A DNA stretch of 55,034 bases from IMG/VR virus record IMGVR_UViG_3300022074_000051, positions 1-55,034 of that record; one strand, given 5' to 3'. How positions within the stretch are numbered: position 1 is the first letter of the stretch; each line of letters starts with the position of its first letter. This document shows, piece after piece, positions 44,682 to 54,853 of the stretch. The translations under genes were made by a program, and so were the position numbers. The notes beneath the pieces were generated by a model, which worked only from the letters and a program-made list of their open reading frames with translations, was not told the origin of the DNA and did no database searches. Source of the DNA: a virus. Taxonomy: Duplodnaviria > Caudoviricetes.

Positions 44682-47600
44682 TGCCTCCGCCTCCTGTTCT
44701 TACTGGTGTGCTTCTTGCTTGTTGTTGGGACGCTGGCCTTTGTTGCCTCTGTCGTTGGGGTGCTGGTCTTTGTTGTGCCTGCCGTTGAGGAGCTGGTCTT
44801 TGTTGTCTTTGTTGTTGAGGAGTTGGTTGCTGCTGGCTACGCTGAGGTGGTCCTTGGGTATTGTTTGAACGTTTGCTTTGCATAATCTGTTTTTTTTGTT
44901 CATCTATTTCTTTTTTACTTTTTCTTCTCTGCATTTCATTTTGTTCCTGTCGTTGTCTGCTTTTCTTGGAAGCAGCAACAAGGGCCCCTTTTGGTGGTGG
45001 AGCTTGTTTTGGTATATGCCGCTTTCTTTCTTTAGGCTCTATATTGTCTGTGTTTCTTAAATACTCACTTTGGTAATATCTTCTTTGCCTTGACGTTTGT
45101 AAATTACTATCCAATCTGTTTCTAAACTGAAATTGTCCAACGTTTCTTGTCTTTTTAAATACAAAATCATCCGGCACTATTACAAAAAACGAATTTATCA
45201 CTGTGAAATCTTCAAAGTTGTTTGTGTTTTTCAAACGTGGTTCCTCATAAGTTACCAAGCGACAGAATAAAACCTCATCAGTTGGAGATTGAGAATTGTA
45301 CTCTCGCAGCAATGGTGCACCAATTAATACTCTATCGTTGCTATCTGACTGGTATGAATTATAGTATACAATCTTTTGCAAATTAAAGAAAGCTGCGTCT
45401 GCTGTAAACGGGCGATTGTTGAACAATTCAGCTTCAGAACCAAACGTGTCCGCAATCTGTTGTTTGTTAAACAACGTCCGTATCTGAAATGGGGTTCTGA
45501 GGGCTTCTTGATTGGTTTTGTTTGCAAAATAATTTTGCTCACTGGTTGGACTTAGCACACTTTGTGTTTCTCTTTGTTGCTTTGTTTGCGAGCCCATCTT
45601 TCTTAAAATTGTTTTGTTTGGCTTTGTTGAACTTATTTGTTCTTCAAACAAATCAACATCATTAGTAAAATTAGTTCCCGTTCCAAGATTTTTTTCTGCT
45701 CTGCTTTTATTCGCAGACGGTTCTTCAAACAGTTCTACATGTAAATTTTTACCAAATAAAGAGCCAAGGTTCGGTTCTAGCTTGCTAGTTGCTACATCTC
45801 TTAGCTTTTCCTCGTTCAGTTTTTCTATTGCACCAAATGTGGTGTTTTTGTTTCTATTCGATATTGTCAAAGGGCTTAAATATGATGAATCGTATGCATC
45901 ATCATTAGCAGCAGATATTCGACTAGGGTCTCTAAACAACTCTGGTTGTAATTCAAACGATAGGCTTTGGAATTTTTGCTTCTCATTGTCAACTATGTTT
46001 CTAAATTGGGTTTGAGTAAAAACAGGAACAGGAAATGCTTGGTTGTTAATTTGTCTAAAATAGGATATTGCCTTCGGGCTTTTACGATATTTGATATTGT
46101 ATTTCTTTATTATGGAGTATTCACGTATACGACCACCTTTAGATCCAGCTGGTTCCGTGTTATCTCCATTATTTGCTCTGAGTGAGTACGTTGTTACAAA
46201 CTGATTCAGTACCCTATTAAACTGATTAATAAAGTATTCAACAGACTCTGGTGTGCAGGTCTTTGGTGACATATTCTCAAACGCTCTGTCTGTCTCGAAG
46301 GACGTTACGCTTTCATTCATTTTTTCTACTAATGTTTTGATTTTCATAAAAATATCAACTGGTGAATACCAAATATTTGTTTTGTTCTCGAAATCTGTTA
46401 CCAATGCTAGTTTATTAAATGTCTTAGTTTCCCTAGAGTAATACTTGCTACTAAATATCTTCGCCCTATAATCAGACAATTTTCTTTTTTGTGTTTTGGC
46501 TTGAATAAGCAAATCTTCTAAATATTTTTCAAATGGATCATCTAGTTCAACATAGGCTGTCACATCTGATATCTCTTTTGAATTTAGTTGAAATGCAATA
46601 GTTCTTACGGTCGGAGTGTCATCAAATTCTATTTCTGCGACACGGGAGAACAATATCGAATTGGCCTTCCTAGACAAGCTCTTTCGAGGAGATGAACTGT
46701 AGGAGTCCATATAATAATACGCTTCAATTAATTTAGAGTTGTTGTCTTTTGTTGAAAATGCTGTTCTGACTCTCTTGGTTTCATCTTGGTATGTCACTTT
46801 CAGTTTTTTAATACTAATATTCTGAGCAATAGAATTAAAAACTGCTTGATTGTACTGCTTCAATGTGCCTGAGTATTTGCCAATGTTCATCATAATCTGT
46901 TTGGTGTTAAAAGAGAACATGAGATTCGCAATACCGTTTTGACCTTGGCTGTGCTCTAGACTTGAAAAGAAATATTTATCTGTTTGCTTTAGACTATCGG
47001 GTGTGTTTTGTATTTCGCTAGGTTTTGTTTCTCTATAATCTTTTATTTTAAAATTTCTAGATAGCACTTTTTCAAGGACGGTGTGTGGTGATGAAACATG
47101 AAACGAGCCAACCATAGGGACGCCCTCATGTTTATGGATCGGCCCAGTCCAGATTTGTTTAGTCAGAGGATCTACGTAATAGAATGAGTTTTTAGATACC
47201 ACACCGTCTATCATTACAGACTCTGCGGCACTTGGTCCGATAGATGATGCGTCTCGTTTCATAATACAGGCTGAAAATGCATAAGTGTCTATTTGACTGT
47301 TTAATGTGACTTGTTTTTTTATCTTTATTTTCGTTACCTTGTCCATTCTTAGCTTGGATATATCTAGCCTCGGCAGGTCTAAATACTCTACTTTCAGATT
47401 GCCCAGAGGTTGCTGGTCGCGTATGTACAAATGTTGTTGAGTCTCGGTCTCTAAAGCCAAGAAAGCGCTAAAAGTCTGTTGATTGTAAAAATTTACAAAT
47501 CTAACAGCATACGGTGTGCTACTTTCGTTTGCGTATTGAAAAACAGGACGGTTTGGTCTCTCTAGAGAATTGTTGAAACACATATCAACCTTTACTCTCA

Positions 47601-47700
47601 CACCAGCATTTTCATTTGAATCATGAGAATCTTCAATAGATATGTTTTCAACATAAATATTTGGTATACCTTCTCGACCTAATATATCTTTATCATACAT
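44671..47700 (-). CDS. Hypothetical large protein (1009 aa) with low-complexity C-terminus
   Basis: Long ORF in the structural unit; Q/R/P-rich tail ending GGGGSGY. Confidence 0.65.
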   Translation of the reverse strand: MYDKDILGREGIPNIYVENISIEDSHDSNENAGVRVKVDMCFNNSLERPNRPVFQYANESSTPYAVRFVNFYNQQTFSAFLALETETQQHLYIRDQQPLGNLKVEYLDLPRLDISKLRMDKVTKIKIKKQVTLNSQIDTYAFSACIMKRDASSIGPSAAESVMIDGVVSKNSFYYVDPLTKQIWTGPIHKHEGVPMVGSFHVSSPHTVLEKVLSRNFKIKDYRETKPSEIQNTPDSLKQTDKYFFSSLEHSQGQNGIANLMFSFNTKQIMMNIGKYSGTLKQYNQAVFNSIAQNISIKKLKVTYQDETKRVRTAFSTKDNNSKLIEAYYYMDSYSSSPRKSLSRKANSILFSRVAEIEFDDTPTVRTIAFQLNSKEISDVTAYVELDDPFEKYLEDLLIQAKTQKRKLSDYRAKIFSSKYYSRETKTFNKLALVTDFENKTNIWYSPVDIFMKIKTLVEKMNESVTSFETDRAFENMSPKTCTPESVEYFINQFNRVLNQFVTTYSLRANNGDNTEPAGSKGGRIREYSIIKKYNIKYRKSPKAISYFRQINNQAFPVPVFTQTQFRNIVDNEKQKFQSLSFELQPELFRDPSRISAANDDAYDSSYLSPLTISNRNKNTTFGAIEKLNEEKLRDVATSKLEPNLGSLFGKNLHVELFEEPSANKSRAEKNLGTGTNFTNDVDLFEEQISSTKPNKTILRKMGSQTKQQRETQSVLSPTSEQNYFANKTNQEALRTPFQIRTLFNKQQIADTFGSEAELFNNRPFTADAAFFNLQKIVYYNSYQSDSNDRVLIGAPLLREYNSQSPTDEVLFCRLVTYEEPRLKNTNNFEDFTVINSFFVIVPDDFVFKKTRNVGQFQFRNRLDSNLQTSRQRRYYQSEYLRNTDNIEPKERKRHIPKQAPPPKGALVAASKKSRQRQEQNEMQRRKSKKEIDEQKKQIMQSKRSNNTQGPPQRSQQQPTPQQQRQQRPAPQRQAQQRPAPQRQRQQRPASQQQARSTPVRTGGGGSGY
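44715..44850 (-). repeat. ~30-nt coding tandem repeat (QQRPAPQRQx)
   Basis: QQPTPQQQR QQRPAPQRQA QQRPAPQRQR QQRPASQQQA. Confidence 0.8.
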
Positions 47701-47701
47701 G

Positions 47702-48775
47702 TTATGTGCTCACTATATCATCATCACAAGGATCTTCTTCACAATCATCACTGCTAGATGGATTTGGAGGAACAGAGCCAGTGGTCTGTGCTAGGATGTC
47801 AGGACAAACAACGTTATAATCATTAACATACAATCCTCGACTTTCAAGTTCAGAAATCCCCAGACATATATCATATTGCGGTATTTCTTCATCCACTCTT
47901 AAATCAAAGTAATATTCGACCACGTTTGGATCATCAGCTATTAAAGGCTCTGGTTCGTCATCAAAGAAAATATCTTTCTCTACCCTATAGTTTTTTCCAA
48001 TCGTTCTGTTTAGAAATTTGAGCGGTAGAAGTTTATCCTTGTTTGTTTCATCGTACTTGAACACTTGAATATCAAAAGCTTCGTCGTGTACAAAGCCATT
48101 TTTTTCAAGCAAATCTATGATAACCTGATCATCGGAGATGTCCAAATATGTATTACCAGCGGTTCTACTACTCACCGATTGTAAGTTGGCGCTCGAACCC
48201 GCTTGGCTGGCTTCGACACCTATTTCCTTCACCTGAATGTCGTAAACAACCTCGCAGTCAATTTGTGGAATGTGTACCACTGATGCCGATGGTGAAGGTA
48301 TACCTGTGTTATTGGGCAAAGAAGATGTGTGGTTGATTGCTGACGCTATCTCCCCTCTGATCATCTTGGCACTCCAGCGAGGTGCCTTATCAGTTCCATG
48401 CTTCGACGTCCCAATTGTGTTTTGTAGAAATCTAGTATTGGCATCACTGGCTGGTCTGAAATTATTTGAATAGATATTGTTATAGTCTTCTATCTTAACT
48501 TGGTTTCTAGAAAGCTCTATGGTTTCGCTATCTACTAACTCAGTTTCCACTGAATTGAAGGTTGTCATTGGCTTTAAAGATGGTGTTTCATCAATAATTC
48601 TTGTTTTTATCGCTGAATTGTTTTCTGTGAAGGAAATGTGAGAAGAATCATATAACACATCTTCATCCAAAAAAGAATAGTATTTTGGCATAAGTTTGCC
48701 TTTAGACAACAAATGTCTTCCATATGGTGTTAGCTGTATGTCTAAAACATCTTCTTTTTTATCAAAAAATGGCAT
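47702..48775 (-). CDS. Putative baseplate protein (357 aa)
   Basis: N-terminal LDIQLTPYGRHLLSKG..YYSFLDEDVLYD resembles the N-terminus of 41708..42664. Confidence 0.55.
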   Translation of the reverse strand: MPFFDKKEDVLDIQLTPYGRHLLSKGKLMPKYYSFLDEDVLYDSSHISFTENNSAIKTRIIDETPSLKPMTTFNSVETELVDSETIELSRNQVKIEDYNNIYSNNFRPASDANTRFLQNTIGTSKHGTDKAPRWSAKMIRGEIASAINHTSSLPNNTGIPSPSASVVHIPQIDCEVVYDIQVKEIGVEASQAGSSANLQSVSSRTAGNTYLDISDDQVIIDLLEKNGFVHDEAFDIQVFKYDETNKDKLLPLKFLNRTIGKNYRVEKDIFFDDEPEPLIADDPNVVEYYFDLRVDEEIPQYDICLGISELESRGLYVNDYNVVCPDILAQTTGSVPPNPSSSDDCEEDPCDDDIVST

Positions 48776-51700
48776 TACTCTGGTTTGACCTTATGTGGTT
48801 TTATAAACGCTTGATTTAACTCAATTGATTTTTCCGTGTCTATGTTTCCGAACTCAATCGACGCGTCTAACTTAATTAGTTCCACCAAGGAAAAGAAATC
48901 GTAAGGCCAGTTGTAACTTATCTTTTGTCTCTTACCCAGTGCCGTCGCTACAATCTCATCAGAAGAAATGTCCGCTCCAGATTCATTTCTTTCAAAAATC
49001 TTATCAAAGTAACTGGAAGATGCTCTCTTTTTCACTTTGAACACCATCCATCTAATGTCTGATGGCAAGTTACTGAGCGCAGTAAACTTTTGCATCTGTC
49101 CGGTTGCAGAGTCTATAAGCGGTGTGGTTCCCAAAAACTCCTGTGAGAACAATTCATGAGAGACGGTTGCTGTTGCTGTTTCGTGAGTTCTGCCTATAGT
49201 GGGCGGCAGGTTTTGCCAAATGTCAGCAAGGTCTTGTTTTGTTAGTGAGTGAGAGAACTCAAACACATACATTGCCAGAGGCTTAACAATACGATTGTTT
49301 AAAAAGTCGAACTGTGGTGGGAACACATATTTTCTAATTTGGTTTACCAAGTTTCTCACAGTTTCTCCTGCTTTCTGAGGTTCGCCATTTAAAATGTTTT
49401 TAACTTGCGCTACATCAATCTCAAAGAACACACGATCCCCATCTCTTTCTAAGAAAGGTATGGCAACAACAGCCTCCTCTATAACTTTTGAATCTTTTAT
49501 TTCTCCAACTCTCAGAGGGTCTGTTGTGAAACCACAAAGATTTAACAGCGAGCCAGTTTGGTTTGTGTTTCCACCATAAGCGCCTTCTGTCCAGTTTTTC
49601 GGTATCTCCTCTACCTGTATGAAGATACCCTCATTTGTGTTCTGCGGTATCCTACCGTACTGGTGCCACATACCAATCGGTACAGATGATGTGCCGATGT
49701 TTGGCATTGTTATTGAATCATGCGAATGGTGATTAAAATTAAGAGTTGGGGTCTCGAACTTTGACTGCATAATCCACCTGTATTTGTTCTCAAGCTGACT
49801 GTCTACTGTCACGTTGCCAACTTGCTCAATGTCTTGTCTCAAGATACCCTTAGAAAATATGTTCATTGATGAAGCAATTTGCATCGCTAACTCGTTTGTT
49901 GCAACCGTTCCGGAAGTAAACGTTCCAAATGATGCATGATTCGAGCCACTTTCATAGAATCTACAAAACTCAACAGAAGAGTGGTTTATAATTTCCGGAA
50001 GGGAATACTTCTTAGTACCATCCGGTGGCACAAAAATAATGTCAGCCCAAGCTTCTCCGTGATAATAAGGAGGAGTGTATGGGAAATTGTAGCCCAAATC
50101 TGGACCCATCATATGAACCGGCCCCAGTGTCGAAGAGGTGTTATAAGTGAACTGTACGCAACCTACTTTCTTAAATACGTTCCACTGTTCTGTCTTGAAG
50201 CCAGCCGATGCTGAGAAGTTAACAGGGGGTCCAAAGGCTGAGGGTCTAGAGTACATTGTGAATGCTTCGCCCATAGAACCAGTGTCTTGTGGGACTCCGA
50301 ACTTTATGCCAAGGTTTGATACCTCTGGTGGTTTACTACCGGTGATTGTTCTATACATCTTGAGCCTCAATGCATACACCTTGTCTCCCTCGGCGTTTCC
50401 AAAGTTTGGATCACCTTGTGGGAGAGATGCAATTGTCGTGTAGTTTTCGTTTTCCAAAAAGAAGCCACCAACTTCTGATAAGAAGTTATTCATTTGTAGT
50501 TTGTACAAGTTATTTCCTTGACCGTTCCAAATAGTTTCAGTTTGCGTGTTTCCATTTGGATCTGGTTCATTAGAAAACAATCTTGTGTTTGCCAAGTGTT
50601 TTTCTGGCTCCACAAGGGCTTCAAATGGAATCCTAGCATCGAACCTATCATTTATCATGTAGTTTATGTCGTCTGTTGTTGAAACGTTCATAGATGATGT
50701 TAAAATTGGATAGTCACATGCAATACCAGATCTTATTGTATTAAACAACACTCCGGGGCCAAACAAAGGATTTAGCAAGTATTGCTTTGGAAAGTTCTGC
50801 CCTTCGGCTATAACCCCAAAGCTACTGGTAGAAAATGTATTGTCTCCATAGGAACTGTAGAACTGTTCTGCTATTTGCACTGTTCTTTGTGCTGGATAAA
50901 ATCCATCATAAGGCAAAAACTTCTTTATAGCTTTACACTCTAGCGTTACTTTATACGGATCAAAAATTTCAGCGTGGTCTTCCTTTACTTGTGCGAAGTG
51001 TTTTAAGAAGTCTGTGTTTGTGTATACCTTATAAAAGTTATCTTGCGAGCTGTTTTTTAAAGTTTCCAGGCCTCCAGAAATTTCAAAAATGTCGTTCTTG
51101 GGCTCCAATGGTCCTTGTGATAAGTAGTGATTTATGTGATCGCTAATTTTAAACTCTGGTACGATTGAAAATTCTTTACCCAATCCTCTGAATTCTTCTG
51201 CGAATAGGTCGTACGAATCATAAAAAGGAACTTTGGAACTAGAAACAAAGGAGCCGTCAGCATCAAAAAACCCAGCTTGATTTGGAGCATCCCAGTTGGC
51301 AGTGCCCAAATAAAGATGAACGGGTATTACAGGATAAATTGTTGATGACGATAGGTTTCTAAAAAATGGATTAACAACAGACAAAGAAGATGTTATACTG
51401 TGTCTTCTAGAATAGAAACAGGATGCCGACATCTGTGCGTCGATAGTTACTGCTGCATTTAGAGACAGGTTTCTACTAAACTGTGAGTAAGAATTCTGAA
51501 GCAGCCCTCCGCCGAACTGTGAATTGAAGCCTGTTCCTCCGCCTATAGGCACTGCTGCTTCACCCGGTGATACAAAGCTTTCAATTATACCAACAGAATT
51601 TGAAACTCGCATTGCGTATGTGTCTAGGTTGTTACCTGGTGTTAATGTGAAGTCAGCGTATGATCTGTTATCGAGTCTAAAGAATTGAGTTATAGGCTCA

Positions 51701-54700
51701 ACATAGCCATAAATATCAATTACTGTACTGAGATCTCTGCTTTGCCCAGAGCCAGAATAATCATAAGCAGCGCCATAAAGCTGATCAGCGGCCGATCTTA
51801 ATCCAAAATCAGTGCTTGTATTTTGAAATGTAGCGCCTAAGTGGTCTTTCATAAAATCATACCACAAGAACGGCCCACTCAATTCCGTAATAACCCCAGC
51901 ATCGATGGGGCCGGGATAATCTACATACCTGATTGAGCCGGCTGCTGTTGAGGTTAGCGCTTCAGAGGCCTTTACTCCACCACAAAGGTGTTTGATTTTA
52001 TTTTCTAATCCAACCACAGTCAAATCATTGTGGACAAAGGCTCCGCTAAAAACCGCAATATCAGAAAAGTACATTTCATTCATGTATGTGTCGTCAAACG
52101 CATTACCTGCCTGAAACCAAAACACATCTGTTGGAGCCGAAGCCGTACATGCTGCTGTCCACATGGACGCTGTGTAACCAACAGCACCGCCACTACCGGT
52201 TACTCCAAATCTGTGATTAAGTCCGTTAAAGAAGCCCCACTGGTCATTAACAGCACTGGCTGAAAGCACCTCTCCGTTTATAGCCAATAATACATTTCCG
52301 GATGGATTTAAATTAGCTGCTGGTGTCAAATGTGATTGGCTTAACGACAAGTAAAAATGTTGTTGTCGACCTAGCATTGGTTTTAAATAAAAATCACCAG
52401 AGTCAGAAACTCCAAAAGGATTGTTATCGGTGTAAATTTTATCAAATATATATTCAACTGCTCCACTTTCAGGGACGTTGCCATAATGAACAGAGCCATC
52501 GTTTTTAAACCACTTCGTGCCTAATCTGACAACAAGTCTTGGGTGTTTATAGCTTGTAAACCCTGAATCGTTTAATGCCTCTGAGCCTGTGGAAAAATAA
52601 ATCTGTCTATTTAAGGCAGTGATGTTATCGTTTTTAAAACTTATGGCATCATCGTTGTAGGTTACATCAACAGCGGCAATAGATGCCGACACGTCAAACA
52701 TCAAAGTGTTATAAGAATCAATGGGGTGGTTGTAGAGCGCATTCCAAAATGAAATACCACAATCAACAGAACAACTGTGCCAGTGTTGTCTGTATGTTTC
52801 ACTCTTACCAGCAGGAGCAGCACGGTCCCTAGATATGTTCTGAATAAAAAAGTTTCGTCGGGCTGAGCTTGGTGTTGGTAAGCTACCAAGATCAGACAGA
52901 TAAATACCAGGACGAGTTACGTATGTGGCATCAAATGTCACATCGCTGTGAGCAGGAAAAGATGGGCTTGTATCTAAGAAATGATCCCTCACAGTTTGCC
53001 AAGAGTATTGAACTCCGTAAAGTAAGTGAGCACCATTCGGCTCTACGACAATGTCTGTTTCATCGGCTGATAATCCTCTTTCAACCCAATTGTCCTGAGA
53101 TATGTCGAATCCGTTGTTAGTGAATTCAGTTGCAAGACCTGCTGTTCTTGTGAAGTAGTACAGAATCGATTCAGCGTCTGGGTCTAGTTTATTAAAGCCC
53201 CAACCAGTTGCATTTTCTGGTGTAGATGTTGTAGATGCTGTTGCATAAGCCGGGCCATAAAGTTTAAAAGTACCGGGAGTGCTTACAAGTGTTCCGTTTT
53301 CAAAGTTACTCTCTGCGTCTAAGACCCACACTGATTGTGTTGGTATACTGTGTCCGAAACCGTTTGTTCGTTCAATCTCAGCTCTTTTAAGTCTATCGTC
53401 TCTCCAATAACCAGAGATAAAATTTGGCCTTTGACGTACATTGGTTTTTGTAATTTGCAGCTCTGTTGGGAAAATTGTTTGACTTAACTTGACAGACTCC
53501 ACGCTATCTATAACTGAGTCTTCGCCTTTGCTTTTCATGTAGGTATCTTTAAAATTTTGATAATTTCCATGAGTATCTAAGCGAGTATTTGCTTCGACAT
53601 TTAAGCGTCTGTTTTTGAAAAAAGTAGTTTCATTTGAATATGGTGTTTTAACAATTAGTTTTTGTTCTAAAATCTCAAACTCGTCTTCATACTTTGCATT
53701 TATAATCGATGAAATGGGCTTGTTCACCGTTACAACCGGTTCTTCAAAATTTAAAATAGGTCCATGCTTATCTGTGTGAATTGACAAAATTCTACCTTGA
53801 GAATCTGTCACTGTCCTTTGTTCAGCGTGTTGTCCTATTATTGAAAAAATGTTATTTTTGTTGTGGAATCTAGTAACAGGATTTTCTGCTGCTCTAAGTT
53901 GTTTAAAAGTAGAATGACCGTACGGTCCGTTTCTGTGTGTGTTCAATGCGGCAAAATACTCAGAGTATGGCACTGTGGCTACAAGCTTATTCCTAGTTTC
54001 AGGTGTGGGCCCTTCAGAAACAAAAATGTTGTTTTTTGCCTCCAAGCTGTTTAGACCCAAAGTAGGTTTGATAATTGTGCCATTTGGAACTTGATCGTCT
54101 ATTTCCAAAGAAGACAACTCAGGTTCAGGCCCCAATCTCCAGTAATCAACAATTCCTTCAATTATAGGACTTCCATCTAATCGCGTTATGCCTCTCAGGT
54201 CGTTTATAAATCCATTGCTGTAAATTCTTATTGCATCGGAAGACTCTAATTGAGTTTTGTAAAAGGCTAAATCTCTGAGTGAACCTAGGGAAGGGCTAAG
54301 CGAATCTCCGGGGAGATCGTCTTCAAAAACAAACAGCTCTCCGAAGATCCTCCTAGCAGTACCACTAGACGGAGTAGTGTCAGTTGACACGTTTTCCGCT
54401 TCGACACCATTTATCCAAAGTACAGGTTGTTCGGCAAAATTACCTGACCAAGAAAGTGCATAGCATCTCCAAGTATCATGATTAATTACCGAATCGGTAA
54501 ATTGAAAAAACTTGCTATCACCAGACAAATCAAGCGCTATAAAGATAAATTTATTACTACTCCAATAAGCATAAGCAGCCGTATCTTGCCCAGAGGTGTT
54601 CGCCCACCAAAGTCTTTTGGTGGAAGTGGTTTGGTTGTCATCAGACTTATACCAAAATGAAAAAGAAAACGCCCCCGTAGAACCGTAGCCTTCTAAACTT

Positions 54701-54852
54701 AAATTTTGCAAACTGATATCTAACGTAGAACTGTAGGCCACAGATGGCGACCTCAACGCTTTTGTAGTTGCTTGTCCTATTGTGTTTGTATCTGGGTCGA
54801 TTTCTTCTCGAACCAAAGTGTTCAAACCAACAAAATCTAGGTTTATGGGCAT
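48775..54852 (-). CDS. Giant putative virion protein (2025 aa) with N-terminal LamG/ConA-like domain
   Basis: FSFSFWYK...WRCYALSW...LWINGVE...LRDLAFYK..L....IYSNG...YWRLG pattern. Confidence 0.6.
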   Translation of the reverse strand: MPINLDFVGLNTLVREEIDPDTNTIGQATTKALRSPSVAYSSTLDISLQNLSLEGYGSTGAFSFSFWYKSDDNQTTSTKRLWWANTSGQDTAAYAYWSSNKFIFIALDLSGDSKFFQFTDSVINHDTWRCYALSWSGNFAEQPVLWINGVEAENVSTDTTPSSGTARRIFGELFVFEDDLPGDSLSPSLGSLRDLAFYKTQLESSDAIRIYSNGFINDLRGITRLDGSPIIEGIVDYWRLGPEPELSSLEIDDQVPNGTIIKPTLGLNSLEAKNNIFVSEGPTPETRNKLVATVPYSEYFAALNTHRNGPYGHSTFKQLRAAENPVTRFHNKNNIFSIIGQHAEQRTVTDSQGRILSIHTDKHGPILNFEEPVVTVNKPISSIINAKYEDEFEILEQKLIVKTPYSNETTFFKNRRLNVEANTRLDTHGNYQNFKDTYMKSKGEDSVIDSVESVKLSQTIFPTELQITKTNVRQRPNFISGYWRDDRLKRAEIERTNGFGHSIPTQSVWVLDAESNFENGTLVSTPGTFKLYGPAYATASTTSTPENATGWGFNKLDPDAESILYYFTRTAGLATEFTNNGFDISQDNWVERGLSADETDIVVEPNGAHLLYGVQYSWQTVRDHFLDTSPSFPAHSDVTFDATYVTRPGIYLSDLGSLPTPSSARRNFFIQNISRDRAAPAGKSETYRQHWHSCSVDCGISFWNALYNHPIDSYNTLMFDVSASIAAVDVTYNDDAISFKNDNITALNRQIYFSTGSEALNDSGFTSYKHPRLVVRLGTKWFKNDGSVHYGNVPESGAVEYIFDKIYTDNNPFGVSDSGDFYLKPMLGRQQHFYLSLSQSHLTPAANLNPSGNVLLAINGEVLSASAVNDQWGFFNGLNHRFGVTGSGGAVGYTASMWTAACTASAPTDVFWFQAGNAFDDTYMNEMYFSDIAVFSGAFVHNDLTVVGLENKIKHLCGGVKASEALTSTAAGSIRYVDYPGPIDAGVITELSGPFLWYDFMKDHLGATFQNTSTDFGLRSAADQLYGAAYDYSGSGQSRDLSTVIDIYGYVEPITQFFRLDNRSYADFTLTPGNNLDTYAMRVSNSVGIIESFVSPGEAAVPIGGGTGFNSQFGGGLLQNSYSQFSRNLSLNAAVTIDAQMSASCFYSRRHSITSSLSVVNPFFRNLSSSTIYPVIPVHLYLGTANWDAPNQAGFFDADGSFVSSSKVPFYDSYDLFAEEFRGLGKEFSIVPEFKISDHINHYLSQGPLEPKNDIFEISGGLETLKNSSQDNFYKVYTNTDFLKHFAQVKEDHAEIFDPYKVTLECKAIKKFLPYDGFYPAQRTVQIAEQFYSSYGDNTFSTSSFGVIAEGQNFPKQYLLNPLFGPGVLFNTIRSGIACDYPILTSSMNVSTTDDINYMINDRFDARIPFEALVEPEKHLANTRLFSNEPDPNGNTQTETIWNGQGNNLYKLQMNNFLSEVGGFFLENENYTTIASLPQGDPNFGNAEGDKVYALRLKMYRTITGSKPPEVSNLGIKFGVPQDTGSMGEAFTMYSRPSAFGPPVNFSASAGFKTEQWNVFKKVGCVQFTYNTSSTLGPVHMMGPDLGYNFPYTPPYYHGEAWADIIFVPPDGTKKYSLPEIINHSSVEFCRFYESGSNHASFGTFTSGTVATNELAMQIASSMNIFSKGILRQDIEQVGNVTVDSQLENKYRWIMQSKFETPTLNFNHHSHDSITMPNIGTSSVPIGMWHQYGRIPQNTNEGIFIQVEEIPKNWTEGAYGGNTNQTGSLLNLCGFTTDPLRVGEIKDSKVIEEAVVAIPFLERDGDRVFFEIDVAQVKNILNGEPQKAGETVRNLVNQIRKYVFPPQFDFLNNRIVKPLAMYVFEFSHSLTKQDLADIWQNLPPTIGRTHETATATVSHELFSQEFLGTTPLIDSATGQMQKFTALSNLPSDIRWMVFKVKKRASSSYFDKIFERNESGADISSDEIVATALGKRQKISYNWPYDFFSLVELIKLDASIEFGNIDTEKSIELNQAFIKPHKVKPE

Positions 54853-54853
54853 T

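Noticed and set aside
90-54660. Numerous plus-strand ORFs and short nested minus-strand ORFs in the track
   Set aside because: They are antisense or out-of-frame shadows of long genes with recognisable motifs, and show no coherent protein features.
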